Below are positions 1-9,453 of a stretch of 64,000 bases of DNA, one piece after another; position 1 is the stretch's first letter; each line of letters begins with the position of its first letter. Under the pieces are notes generated by a model that did no database searches, was not told the DNA's origin, and worked only from the letters and a program-made list of their open reading frames with translations. The translations under genes and the position numbers were made by a program. The stretch comes from an uncultured Candidatus Berkelbacteria bacterium. GTDB taxonomy: Bacteria; Patescibacteriota; UBA1384; CAILIB01. The stretch is from NCBI GenBank assembly GCA_903834195.1, contig CAILIB010000029.1, positions 7,715 to 71,714 of the forward strand. Direction: 5' to 3'.

Positions 1-130
1 AAGCTTTTGGCGAATTCTGAACTAATTGAGTCACCGAGGAAGAATTCCTATGCCGAATAACAAGAAATGTGGCCGTTATTACGGACACAACTACTACTGA
101 AACTGAAATTGCGATTAATACCCGACGCAT
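1..130 (-). CDS. Partial CDS (runs off window start), N-terminal membrane anchor/signal peptide
   Basis: Manual translation from ATG at 130: MRRVLIAISVSVVVVSVITATFLVIRHRNSSSVTQLVQNSPKA, open to the window edge. Confidence 0.6.
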   Translation of the reverse strand, partial: MRRVLIAISVSVVVVSVITATFLVIRHRNSSSVTQLVQNSPKA

Positions 131-264
131 ATGATGTTAGTTTGGCAGAAAGTCCTTGAAAATAAAAAGGAACTCGAGAGCATTGTCAGATTGGCTGTTT
201 TCAGCTATTGTACATCAGTACCGCAGTGACGGAGAGACCCGTCCTAATTTTATAGCGCTCTTTT

Positions 265-340
265 GCGCTTGTAGCTCAGTGGATAGAGCGTCTGGTTGCG
301 GTCCAGAAGGTCGCAGGTTCGATTCCTGCCAGGCGCACCA
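265..340 (+). tRNA. tRNA-Arg (anticodon GCG)
   Basis: 76-nt cloverleaf: acceptor GCGCTTG/CAGGCGC, D-arm GCTC..GAGC, anticodon stem TCTGG/CCAGA with loop TT-GCG-GT, T-loop TTCGATT, encoded ACCA end. Confidence 0.96.
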
Positions 341-419
341 TAAAAATATATGTGTATTCATTCTTGGTCCTCCCGAAAATAGTACGGATGCGGAAGAATG
401 AATACACATATATTTTTAT
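340..419. repeat. Long hairpin, copy 1 of dispersed repeat (26-bp perfect arms around a degenerate core)
   Basis: Arms 340-365 and 394-419 are perfect reverse complements; the centre CTTGGTCCTCCCG..CGGATGCGGAAG resembles the cores at 585-620 and 30761-30796. Confidence 0.85.
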
Positions 420-564
420 TTTGCAGTTGGCAAATCGAAACCAGGTTCGACCACGCCAATACAATACTTTGCGAAGCAAAGAGCGGGGGTAGCGCAACGC
501 TTCTGCACCGCTCCACATTGCGAAGCGGTGGAAGGTGGAGAAAGTGAGCGTCCGTCCTGCCAAT

Positions 565-640
565 ATAAATACACTCAGTGTTTTACTTGTCCTCCCCGTA
601 AATATTCGGGATGCGGAGGCAAAACACTGAGTGTATTTAT
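565..640. repeat. Long hairpin, copy 2 of dispersed repeat (20-bp perfect arms, 36-nt core); probable comF terminator
   Basis: ATAAATACACTCAGTGTTTT / AAAACACTGAGTGTATTTAT flank ACTTGTCCTCCCCGTAAATATTCGGGATGCGGAGGC; abuts the comF stop. Confidence 0.9.
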
Positions 641-1315
641 TTAGCCGCCAAAACGATGTTTATACGCAAACGCTACACCAACAACCCTTGCAGCACCAGC
701 ATCGAGTAAAATTTTCCTACACGTTTTAAGAGTACTTCCAGTAGTTACAACATCATCAATCAAAATGTACTCAGAATTTTTTTCAACCACATAATCATCT
801 CCGATATAAAATGCAGTTTGAGCAGCTCGCTGGCGCAAGCGCCGTCCCTGGCCAACTAATGTCTTCCCTGCACGCCGATGCAAAATCTGTGTATTCATAG
901 GTAATCCAGCCCACCGGGCAAATACTCGTGCCAAAAGTTCTGCCTGATTATATCCCCTCGATTTTAATCGAGAATAACTAACCGGAACAGGAACTACGAC
1001 AGGATCTTTACTACACTGCAACGCCCGTAATAAATCTTCAGCTGAACAGGCCAGATGCAACACGTCCATCAATACTTCTGCACTTTCATACAACCCACCA
1101 TATTTTAGACCATACAAAAGTTCTCGAGCTGCACTATCCTCGTGAGCAAACAACCCGTACACTTCACTCCCAATAGGCTCAAATAGAAATCGCTCTGATT
1201 GTTTTTTAGAACAGTCCACACACAACCACGCACCACTATTCCGACACACAACACAACGTCGAGGAAAAAAGAGGTCAAGAAAAAACTGCTCCACTTGGAG
1301 AATCATCTCTACCAT
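641..1315 (-). CDS. comF: ComF family competence protein (zinc ribbon + PRTase fold)
   Basis: FFPRRCVVC..LCVDC zinc ribbon, RGYNQAELLA, LIDDVVTTGST PRPP loop. Confidence 0.92.
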   Translation of the reverse strand: MVEMILQVEQFFLDLFFPRRCVVCRNSGAWLCVDCSKKQSERFLFEPIGSEVYGLFAHEDSAARELLYGLKYGGLYESAEVLMDVLHLACSAEDLLRALQCSKDPVVVPVPVSYSRLKSRGYNQAELLARVFARWAGLPMNTQILHRRAGKTLVGQGRRLRQRAAQTAFYIGDDYVVEKNSEYILIDDVVTTGSTLKTCRKILLDAGAARVVGVAFAYKHRFGG

Positions 1316-1327
1316 ATAAATACTTAC

Positions 1328-2536
1328 CTAGATGACAGTTATCGCCCAAGATTGAGCTACGGGCATCCAACCCACAGCAAGCGGGAGGAAAAAGACACTT
1401 ACTGCAATTGCAATAATCAAGAATAAAATCACCCCTACCCACCACGTTTTCCATAGCTCAGATAACCAATACGTCAAAATCAACAACGCAAATCCATACG
1501 CAGGCATGTAGTGATATATAAACATCACTCGGTGAATTGGAATAAACGGCAAGTAACAGGCTGCCCACCCAATCAAAAGTACAGTAAGTGGATGATCCGC
1601 AACTGCATATTTTTGCACAAATCTTCGATACAAAAGCCAGACAAAACTAACCAGTACCATTACCCCGCTCAACCACCACACTAATGTATTGCCACGGGTA
1701 GTCATTACGTTTACCAACCCATCTGGACGAATATCGTACAAGAAAAGAACTGGCTTTCTCAGTAGTGGCCACGTCCACCAGACTGAGCTATACGGATGTG
1801 TAGCCGTTAACGTACTTTGATATACCCATGCCTGAATATTCCACCCAATACCCGACTGAATTGGATTTACTGCTCCATTAAGATACTCACCCAAAGTTAC
1901 GATTGAGACATAAATTATAAGTACCCACGGCATACCAAATAGTATCTCTTTCCAGCGAGCACGACGTATTGCCAAGTACAACACCGGCACTAGAATCGCC
2001 AGCCCCACCCACTTTATGGAAACTGTTAGCCCGAGCGCCGTTGTCACCCACACAGTAACTGAGCCAGGCTTCAACTTAAGCATCAAAAAGAATGAAAGAA
2101 AAATGAAGAAGAAGAGAATCCCGTCCATGAGCCCAGTTCGGGAGTAAATAATAAAGATGCCGTCAATCGCCATCAAAATAGCAATAATGGCTGAACCCAC
2201 CTTATCTTTAGTGAGCTGCCACCAAACTCCCGACATGAGTGGAATGATTCCAATTCCAAACAAGAGTGGAATAATACGCCAGCCAAACGGGATATTGCCA
2301 AAAATGGCAATCCCAATCGCCATCAAGAATTTACCGAGCGGTGGGTGCACATCAAACACATCCACACCGTGCAGATATTCATTGGCAAATTTAGGAAAGT
2401 ACACTTCGTCAAATACCTCCTTGCCGGGATACCCCAACTTATACATACGTACAAAGACGCCAAATATAACTGCAATGGCAGTTATGACGAGCAAAATAGT
2501 CCAGGTTTGGCGAGGAGTAAGTTTTGGTATTTTCAC
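1328..2536 (-). CDS. PMT-family lipid-carrier-dependent protein O-mannosyltransferase-like glycosyltransferase
   Basis: VFDEVYF, DVHPPLGK, FGWR, HPYSS..W, RVMFIYHYMP motifs; many TM helices. Confidence 0.88.
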   Translation of the reverse strand: MKIPKLTPRQTWTILLVITAIAVIFGVFVRMYKLGYPGKEVFDEVYFPKFANEYLHGVDVFDVHPPLGKFLMAIGIAIFGNIPFGWRIIPLLFGIGIIPLMSGVWWQLTKDKVGSAIIAILMAIDGIFIIYSRTGLMDGILFFFIFLSFFLMLKLKPGSVTVWVTTALGLTVSIKWVGLAILVPVLYLAIRRARWKEILFGMPWVLIIYVSIVTLGEYLNGAVNPIQSGIGWNIQAWVYQSTLTATHPYSSVWWTWPLLRKPVLFLYDIRPDGLVNVMTTRGNTLVWWLSGVMVLVSFVWLLYRRFVQKYAVADHPLTVLLIGWAACYLPFIPIHRVMFIYHYMPAYGFALLILTYWLSELWKTWWVGVILFLIIAIAVSVFFLPLAVGWMPVAQSWAITVI

Positions 2537-2660
2537 TCAACTAGCATACCATTATTTTTAATATTTCCACTGACTTCGAAAACCTGACTAATCTCTTGCG
2601 TCTTACCTGTTCATGATCCATACTAGAACTGATTAGTTGTTAAATTAAGGAGGCGTGAAT

Positions 2661-3056
2661 ATGAACAACCACCCCGCCCAAGAACCGAATCCTCTCGTTG
2701 ATCCAACAGAGTGGATGGAAGAGTACGAAGGCCAGTTGGCGATTGATGTGTACCAAACCCCAGAAAATATCATTATCAAAGCCCCTATTGCTGGAGTTCA
2801 GCAAGAAGACCTTGAAGTGAGTATTACTGATGAACAAATCAGTATTAAGGGTGAGCGTCACGATGCTCAAAGTGAATCTGTAGAATCGTACATGGTTCAA
2901 GAGTGCTACTGGGGATCATTTTCACGTGTCTATCGCCTCCCTGTTGCTGTAGACTCTGACAAAGCACAGGCACACCTGATCAATGGTATTCTGACTGTTA
3001 CAATTCCAAAAACTGCCAAAACTCGAACTCGAACACTCTCAGTTCAAGTAGGCTAG
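2661..3056 (+). CDS. Hsp20/alpha-crystallin small heat shock protein
   Basis: EGQLAIDVYQT, ECYWGSFSR, NGILTVTIPK; SD AAGGAGG upstream of ATG 2661. Confidence 0.92.
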   Translation: MNNHPAQEPNPLVDPTEWMEEYEGQLAIDVYQTPENIIIKAPIAGVQQEDLEVSITDEQISIKGERHDAQSESVESYMVQECYWGSFSRVYRLPVAVDSDKAQAHLINGILTVTIPKTAKTRTRTLSVQVG

Positions 3057-3147
3057 TGTTTTTGTACCTTCTTCTCAATTGCTCAATAACTCGCAATAGC
3101 TCGAACAATTTCACTGCTTCGAATAAGGTACAAAAACCAACACATAA

Positions 3148-4032
3148 ATGAATGGTATGAAAAAGATCAAAAAAATTGTCATTCCAGTAGCTGGTTACGG
3201 AACCCGCTTTTTGCCGTTTACCAAGTCCATCCCTAAAGAGATGCTTCCGATCGTTGATCGTCCTGTTATTCAGTACATCGTTGAAGAAGCAGTGGAAGCT
3301 GGCATCGAAGAAGTTATCTTGATTACTGGGTATAGCAAGCGTGCAATTGAAGATTATTTTGATTACAACGTAGAACTTGAATACCTCCTCGAGAAGAAGG
3401 GTAAATTAGAACAAAAGAAATTGATTCGCGATATTTCTGATATCGCCAAGTTTGTGTACGTGCGCCAAAAAGAAATGCGCGGACATGGCCATGCAGTTCT
3501 TCAAGCCAAAGAAGTTGTTGGTGATGAGCCTTTTGTTGTGATGTGGGGAGATGATATGTACCGTGGTAAACCATCAAAACTACAACAGCTGATTGCTGCA
3601 TACGAGCGATTAGAAGCTCCTGTACTCTTCACCATGAAACGCGATGCACCTGGAGACGGTGACAAGTACGGGTACATCGAAGTTGCTGAAGACATGGGTA
3701 ATGGATCTTTTCGAATTGCAAACATGGTTGAAAAACCTGGCGACATAAATAAACCTTCCCCATACGCATCCCTTGGGTGCTTTATTTTAACTCCAGATAT
3801 CTTTCCACTCCTTGAAGAACAGCAACCGGGGCTTGGTGGTGAAATTGTTACCCTAGACGCAGTCAATCGACTTGCAAAGCAACGGCCAGTTTACGCGCAG
3901 GAGTGCACTGGACTAAGTTATTATGATTGTGGTGATCGACTTGGATATATGAAAGCAGCAGTTGAATTTGCACTTGATCGCGAAGATATCGGACAAGATT
4001 TCCGCAAATACCTTAAAGATCTTAACGTATAA
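3148..4032 (+). CDS. galU: UTP-glucose-1-phosphate uridylyltransferase
   Basis: VIPVAGYGTRFLPFTKSIPKEMLPIVDRP, VEKP, YDCG motifs. Confidence 0.93.
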   Translation: MNGMKKIKKIVIPVAGYGTRFLPFTKSIPKEMLPIVDRPVIQYIVEEAVEAGIEEVILITGYSKRAIEDYFDYNVELEYLLEKKGKLEQKKLIRDISDIAKFVYVRQKEMRGHGHAVLQAKEVVGDEPFVVMWGDDMYRGKPSKLQQLIAAYERLEAPVLFTMKRDAPGDGDKYGYIEVAEDMGNGSFRIANMVEKPGDINKPSPYASLGCFILTPDIFPLLEEQQPGLGGEIVTLDAVNRLAKQRPVYAQECTGLSYYDCGDRLGYMKAAVEFALDREDIGQDFRKYLKDLNV

Positions 4033-4036
4033 AACC

Positions 4037-5473
4037 ATGAAGGCAGAGGGGCGCACACAAGTAATAGAGAGGCTACGGATCGTAGGATCACTTGGTGCGC
4101 TTGCGCTATTTGGTTTCCTTGCAACTGGATGTAGTTTACGCGGGAGTAGTTCAGTAACTACTTCAAGTGGGCCATACCAAGTTCGTGTATGGCGTGTAGA
4201 CCAAGATGTTGACCCACTCAAATCATCAATTAGTAATTTCAATTCTGATAACCAAGGAATTGCACAGGTTACGTACGTAAAAAAGAGTTCTCAAGGATAC
4301 GAACTCTCTGCACTAAAATCATTAGCTGCTCGTACTGGTCCAGATATTTGGAGCATTCCAAACACCTGGCTCGGAGATCATGTTGCCCGAATTCAACCTC
4401 TTCCAGATACATACTTCAATAACCTTGAGTCAACCGCTACCCTCGGAGCAGTTGATGCAGTAAAGAAACTGTATCCTGCAGGTATTGCTGAACAACTTAT
4501 TAGCACAGATGGAAAATCTGTACTTGGTGCTCCAGGTGGTGTTGATGTACTCAAGCTGTACTACAACCAAGACATCTTCGATTCTGCAATAAATGAGTTC
4601 AAGCTATCACTCGGAGATAATTTTGACGATAGTGTTTTCACCCCTGTTCGCCAATTATTGAGCAACCCACCAGACACTTGGAGTACACTAGATAACCAAG
4701 TAAAATACCTGACTAAGCGAAGTGGTAACACCATTATCCGCAGCGCTATTGCAATGGGCACTGCTGATAACGTACCTGCAGGTGAAGAAACATTACAGCT
4801 TCTTATGATGCAGGATGGTACCCGTATCGTGAGTAGCGATCGTACACGTGCAATGTTCCACATCACAACATCAACATCTTCATTATCGACCACCCGACCA
4901 GGAGCTAACGCACTTAATTACTTCGCCTCATTTTCCAATCCAAACAAACCTACGTATTCTTGGAACCCTTCAATGCCCCAGGCTCTGGATGCATTTGCTC
5001 AGGGTAAAGTTGCAATGATAATCGGCTTCTCAGATGTTGGTGATACATTGAAAATTAAATATCCTAATTTTCACTTTGATACTGCACCAGTACCTCAATT
5101 AACACTTAATGGCCTCCAAAAAGACGTTAACCTGATCAAGTTTGATGTCGAAACAGTTACTAAAAGCGCGGATAGTTATGAAGCATCGTGGCGCTTTATG
5201 CAGCGCTATACGCAACCAGACGTTATGAACGATGTTGCAAATGTACAAGGTCGTCAAACACCATACCTTGCTGACCTCACTACTCGCTCCGACAGCTTCC
5301 CGCAGAAGCAGATTCTAAGCGGACAAGCTGTATTTGAGAAAAATCGTGATCAATTTGATGGTGCGTTTCGTCAAATGATTGTTGACGTAAGCCAGAACGG
5401 TATTCCAGTTGATCAGTCACTCGATAACGCGGCAGAAGTTGTGAATGGACTATTAGCAACTCCAGACGAGTAA
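4037..5473 (+). CDS. Extracellular solute-binding lipoprotein (sugar ABC-type)
   Basis: Lipobox ATGC after a hydrophobic stretch; GPDIWSI, LYYNQD, AFAQGKVAM motifs of SBP family 1. Confidence 0.8.
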   Translation: MKAEGRTQVIERLRIVGSLGALALFGFLATGCSLRGSSSVTTSSGPYQVRVWRVDQDVDPLKSSISNFNSDNQGIAQVTYVKKSSQGYELSALKSLAARTGPDIWSIPNTWLGDHVARIQPLPDTYFNNLESTATLGAVDAVKKLYPAGIAEQLISTDGKSVLGAPGGVDVLKLYYNQDIFDSAINEFKLSLGDNFDDSVFTPVRQLLSNPPDTWSTLDNQVKYLTKRSGNTIIRSAIAMGTADNVPAGEETLQLLMMQDGTRIVSSDRTRAMFHITTSTSSLSTTRPGANALNYFASFSNPNKPTYSWNPSMPQALDAFAQGKVAMIIGFSDVGDTLKIKYPNFHFDTAPVPQLTLNGLQKDVNLIKFDVETVTKSADSYEASWRFMQRYTQPDVMNDVANVQGRQTPYLADLTTRSDSFPQKQILSGQAVFEKNRDQFDGAFRQMIVDVSQNGIPVDQSLDNAAEVVNGLLATPDE

Positions 5474-5808
5474 TGGTACGCACGCCACAAAAATTCTCGC
5501 TTCGTAATATACTCGCTGCCGGCTTGATATCTTTTCCGACTCCACTTTTTGATACAACGGATAAAAATCCAAGTGGCGCAACCACTCCGCAAAATCTTGC
5601 TAACCACATTGCTAACATTCTGACTGCCCTAGTTATACCTATTGCCGTAGTTGGCATAATTTACTCTGCATACATTCTGATTAGTTCCCAAGGCAACCCT
5701 GATGCGTATAAAGTAGTGAAGAAGAATATGAGCTACTTAATCGGTGGAATTGCGATTATCTTATTTGCAACGTACATATTTAACTTCGTTGTCGGATTTT
5801 TCCAATAG
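5473..5808 (+). CDS. Pilin, TrbC/VirB2-like (CPR type)
   Basis: Two TM helices linked by ISSQGNPDAYKVVKK. Confidence 0.7.
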   Translation: MVRTPQKFSLRNILAAGLISFPTPLFDTTDKNPSGATTPQNLANHIANILTALVIPIAVVGIIYSAYILISSQGNPDAYKVVKKNMSYLIGGIAIILFATYIFNFVVGFFQ

Positions 5809-5811
5809 CGT

Positions 5812-6672
5812 ATGGCTACTACATTTCTCGGAAAACCAGTTCCTACAAAAACTCCGGCACACAAACCGAAGAGGAAAAAAGCTCGACACCGCTGGGAAGT
5901 ACTTCTCGTTTTACCAGTTGTTTTTTGCGGTGGCTTACTTGCATTACAAAAAACTACATTGGATTCGAGTGTTGCTGAACGATCAACTGGTGCCGCTCTA
6001 TCCCGAGCACTGAATCAACAACCAGAAAATAGCGCCTCACCAACAAATACACTGGAAAGTATTACACTTGCTCAACAACAACCTCAGACAGGTAGTGGTG
6101 GAACTGGAACAAATGGAACTACAACTCAATCAGGAACCAAAGCAACTACTCCCGCTACCACAACTCAAGTAGACGGCACCACATACTGCAGCCCAGCCAA
6201 AGTTAAGCCCGTGTTCTTTGATGCAAATAATAACCTCATTTCAATCTTTCCTATTATCCCAAATGGGGTACGTGGACTTGATTCTTCAGGAAACCTATCT
6301 CCTACGGTCTGCAGCCCCGCCTATTGGGGACGCGATGTTCTCTATTTCTTCGTATACAAAGGTCTGGCAGTGCTGAACTGGTTTGCTGAAGCATTAGCGA
6401 TTATCTTAACACTCTATGCAGGCATCCTCTACATGACCGGATTTTACAATGAAGGCAACGTTAAGACAGCCAAGACCATGCTCATTGGTGTGTACACTGG
6501 CCTCGCAATTGTTCTCCTTGCTAAAACTATTGTGTATAGCGGAATAAATTTGGCGGTTAAGAATGATCCAAGTACTGTAATTAAGAGTTCGGCACCAATT
6601 CCTGGATTAGATAGTAGTAGCGGCACCTCGGGTAGCGGAACAACAACTGGTACAGGTACAGGAGGAAAATGA
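5812..6672 (+). CDS. Pilin-domain protein with N-terminal anchor and Thr/Gly-rich linker
   Basis: C-terminal AGILYMTGFYNEGNVKTAKTML..G.AIV pilin motif; T/G/S low-complexity tracts; Cys pair. Confidence 0.7.
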   Translation: MATTFLGKPVPTKTPAHKPKRKKARHRWEVLLVLPVVFCGGLLALQKTTLDSSVAERSTGAALSRALNQQPENSASPTNTLESITLAQQQPQTGSGGTGTNGTTTQSGTKATTPATTTQVDGTTYCSPAKVKPVFFDANNNLISIFPIIPNGVRGLDSSGNLSPTVCSPAYWGRDVLYFFVYKGLAVLNWFAEALAIILTLYAGILYMTGFYNEGNVKTAKTMLIGVYTGLAIVLLAKTIVYSGINLAVKNDPSTVIKSSAPIPGLDSSSGTSGSGTTTGTGTGGK

Positions 6673-7055
6673 TTCGACGCATCAACCAACTCTTACTCCT
6701 ACTTGCACTCACACTCGCAGCTCATCCACTTTCTGCACGAGCTGATTTAATTCCACCAATTGAGAGCAATCGCATTTCTCAGCGACAACCCTCAACAACT
6801 CTCAATGGAACGTTCGACTGGCTTCAGGGACGGGTTAGTTCAGTCATCTTTTTACTTCTTGGGGGAATGGCTGTGATCTATCTAATTTGGTCTGGTATAC
6901 AGTACATTACTGCGGCTGGAAACGCCGAACAAACCAAGAAAGCCCGTGAATCAATCATTCACATCGTACTCGGAATAATCCTTCTCGTTTCAACGTATTA
7001 CATCCTTCGCATACTCATTGGTATACCTTCCCTTTTCGTTCCAGGGAGCTCATAA
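6669..7055 (+). CDS. Pilin, TrbC/VirB2-like
   Basis: Signal peptide ending ARA; SGIQYITAAGNAEQTKKARESI..G motif. Confidence 0.82.
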   Translation: MIRRINQLLLLLALTLAAHPLSARADLIPPIESNRISQRQPSTTLNGTFDWLQGRVSSVIFLLLGGMAVIYLIWSGIQYITAAGNAEQTKKARESIIHIVLGIILLVSTYYILRILIGIPSLFVPGSS

Positions 7056-7124
7056 CGGAGAATTAATTTGACAGGTGAAAATATAGACCAGTACAATAGA
7101 AACAACACATCTCTAAGGAGGATA

Positions 7125-7535
7125 ATGAAAAAACTTATTTACGCATACGTAATGGCAAGTACAGCAGTAGCTGGCTTTTTAGCTGCCCCTGCATTTGCAG
7201 CATCAAATGACCCAGGTGCCATTCAGCCAAGTGGTAGCATCGACTCAAGTGCATCAGCCTTTACTTGGGCTAGCATCAAGACTCTCGCAGGAAGCGTGAT
7301 TACAATCATGCTCTTCATTGCAGGTTTCGTCGCAGTGGCATACCTAGTGTACAACGGTATACAATACATCACATCGGCTGGTAACGCTGATAAGGTGAAG
7401 GCAGCGCGCGCAGGTATCATTAATGCAGTTATCGGTATTGCTGTTATCTCCGCTGCGTACTTTATCGTCAACTTTGCAATCGGTATTGGAAAAGGAGCGA
7501 GCCAGATCGTTAACTCTCCAACCACTATTAAATAG
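7125..7535 (+). CDS. Pilin, TrbC/VirB2-like (probable major pilin)
   Basis: AAGGAGG SD, signal peptide ending AFA, NGIQYITSAGNADKVKAARAGIINAVIG; followed by a terminator. Confidence 0.85.
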   Translation: MKKLIYAYVMASTAVAGFLAAPAFAASNDPGAIQPSGSIDSSASAFTWASIKTLAGSVITIMLFIAGFVAVAYLVYNGIQYITSAGNADKVKAARAGIINAVIGIAVISAAYFIVNFAIGIGKGASQIVNSPTTIK

Positions 7536-7552
7536 TTCTCACGTAAGAAAAT

Positions 7553-7585
7553 AAAAAGGTGTGGGAGTATCCCGCACCTTTTTTT
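7553..7585 (+). terminator. Rho-independent terminator
   Basis: AAAAAGGTGTGGGA-GTA-TCCCGCACCTTTTTTT. Confidence 0.85.
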
Positions 7586-7621
7586 GTATTCATCACCCGA
7601 GCTTCAAGTTATACTTATTGC

Positions 7622-8677
7622 ATGTCACCCATAAAAATCTTGCACGTTGTTGCTGATAGTACACAGACTGGCGCACCGCTCCAGGTGTATTACTTATGCA
7701 AAGGGTTGAGTGAAACGCACTCAGTACACCTTGCCTGCCCAAATGGCTGGCTGGCAGACATTGCAGAAAAAGCAGGTATACAGGTATACCGCCTCCCTGT
7801 CACACCTTGGAAAACGTCTCAGATAAAGTACATTAATTATGTAATTTCTTCTGTAAAACCAGCACTTGTGCACTGCCATGGAGTACGAGCCGGGCTATGG
7901 ACTCGACTTGCCCCAACAAGTGGTCATCGACCCATTGTATACACTGAACATCTCTGGACAGGTGATTTTCATTTGAAGAGTCGACTTCGTGAGTTGATAC
8001 AACTTTCAACACTACGACAACTAGGACACAAAACATCCTACACAATCGGAGTGTCAGACTCAGTAACAACCTTCATGCGTGCGCAAGGATGCACTACCAA
8101 GGAGCGCTCTGAAACTATTTATTGCGGACTAGAACCACACGATGTATTACAACCCTCAAGTGACTCACTTCACATCGGCACATTAGGAAGCCTAACGTAC
8201 ATTAAGAATGTAGCAGCACTTATTGAAGCTACTGCCCTTGTTCAACAATCTACTCCCCTTACACTTCACATCGGTGGAGACGGACCAGACATGGAGGAAT
8301 TAAAAACACTTGCAAAGGAAAATAGTGTACACACAGTCTGGCACGGACAACTTCAAGACAGCGCTACATTTTTCAAAAATCTCACCATTTACGTTCAGCC
8401 TTCGCTGAGCGAGTCATTTGGAATTGCAGCGTTAGAAGCTATGAGTTGTGGCATTCCAACTATTCTCTCAAATCGTGGAGGTCTTAAGGAAGTAGGTGGA
8501 GATGCAGTTCTCTATTCTGAACCAGATACAATTCAGCTTGCTGCAACTATTCAACGACTTTCTGAAGATACTACGCTTCAAAAACAACTCCGAACTCGTG
8601 GACCTAAACGTGCGCACGAATTTTCAGTAGAACGCATGGTTACTGCACATGTACAGGTATACAAAAAACTTTTATGA
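7622..8677 (+). CDS. Glycosyltransferase family 4
   Basis: GAP, VHCHG, VYTEH and SESFGIAALEAMSCG (EX7E) motifs. Confidence 0.92.
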   Translation: MSPIKILHVVADSTQTGAPLQVYYLCKGLSETHSVHLACPNGWLADIAEKAGIQVYRLPVTPWKTSQIKYINYVISSVKPALVHCHGVRAGLWTRLAPTSGHRPIVYTEHLWTGDFHLKSRLRELIQLSTLRQLGHKTSYTIGVSDSVTTFMRAQGCTTKERSETIYCGLEPHDVLQPSSDSLHIGTLGSLTYIKNVAALIEATALVQQSTPLTLHIGGDGPDMEELKTLAKENSVHTVWHGQLQDSATFFKNLTIYVQPSLSESFGIAALEAMSCGIPTILSNRGGLKEVGGDAVLYSEPDTIQLAATIQRLSEDTTLQKQLRTRGPKRAHEFSVERMVTAHVQVYKKLL

Positions 8678-9453
8678 ACCGACTCCGAACCCTTGCACAA
8701 CGAGCACTTACGGTACAACAGATTGTTGGATTGAAACAGGCAATAGAATTTCTCTCTTTCGACACTTCTACACGAATTGATTCACTAAATCAGGGTGCCC
8801 AAAGAACTGTTCTGGTTATTGCTCCTCATCCAGATGATGAGGTATTTGGGTGCGGAGGTGCAGTCGCACTTCACCGTGAAATAAACGACATTGTGCATGT
8901 ACTCTACGTAGCAAATGGAGCTGCAGGAACACGCGATGGTAAAACTGATGCCAATCTCATACATATACGAGAAAAAGAAGCTAAAGCAGGACTTGAGCTT
9001 CTAGGTGGAGCGCAATCACTTTTTTGGGATATTCCAGATGGTACTGTTTCACCTACAGCTCAAAATATCGACAAGCTTCGCACTCTGATTGAAAAGATAA
9101 ACCCACAACTAATATATACGCCATGGGTTCACGATAATCACCCAGACCACCAAGCAGCAACCAAAATACTTCTTGCAACAATACAACCATCTGATACGTA
9201 TACTGTTCGACAGTATGAAATTTGGTCACCCCTCATTCCAAATACGTATGTACCGATTAAATCTGTTATCAAAAAAAAGCTAGACGCTTGTTACGCACAC
9301 GAAAGCCAGCTCATTACACGTGGATATGCAGATGGCATTATTGGATTAAATTCCTACCGCGGTATGCAGGCTGGTATTGATGGCCCTGCCGAAGCCTACC
9401 TTGAGCTTAATGCACCCCAAACACTTCAACTTAGCCGTTCTTTTTCCCATTAA
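8674..9453 (+). CDS. PIG-L/LmbE family deacetylase
   Basis: VIAPHPDDEVFGCGG, R..EA, HPDH motifs. Confidence 0.92.
   Translation: MNRLRTLAQRALTVQQIVGLKQAIEFLSFDTSTRIDSLNQGAQRTVLVIAPHPDDEVFGCGGAVALHREINDIVHVLYVANGAAGTRDGKTDANLIHIREKEAKAGLELLGGAQSLFWDIPDGTVSPTAQNIDKLRTLIEKINPQLIYTPWVHDNHPDHQAATKILLATIQPSDTYTVRQYEIWSPLIPNTYVPIKSVIKKKLDACYAHESQLITRGYADGIIGLNSYRGMQAGIDGPAEAYLELNAPQTLQLSRSFSH

Noticed and set aside
131..262. GACGG/CCGTC hairpin with CTGATG on the minus strand and GGAGAG on the plus strand, considered as a fluoride or glycine riboswitch
   Set aside because: The remaining consensus elements and pseudoknot are missing; the region must also hold divergent promoters
156..563. ORFs 156-401, 215-409 and 276-563 in the track
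   Set aside because: They overlap the tRNA and palindromes; these and the many antisense or shadow ORFs inside well-supported genes are treated as spurious
340..640. Two similar repeats with a spacer, considered as a CRISPR array
   Set aside because: Only two local copies, irregular spacing, long palindromic arms and no cas genes in the window
2590..2660. CIRCE operator upstream of hsp20
   Set aside because: No TTAGCACTC-N9-GAGTGCTAA present
3070..3125. Short degenerate CTC(G)AA(T) repeats between hsp20 and galU
   Set aside because: Too irregular to define a repeat unit or function
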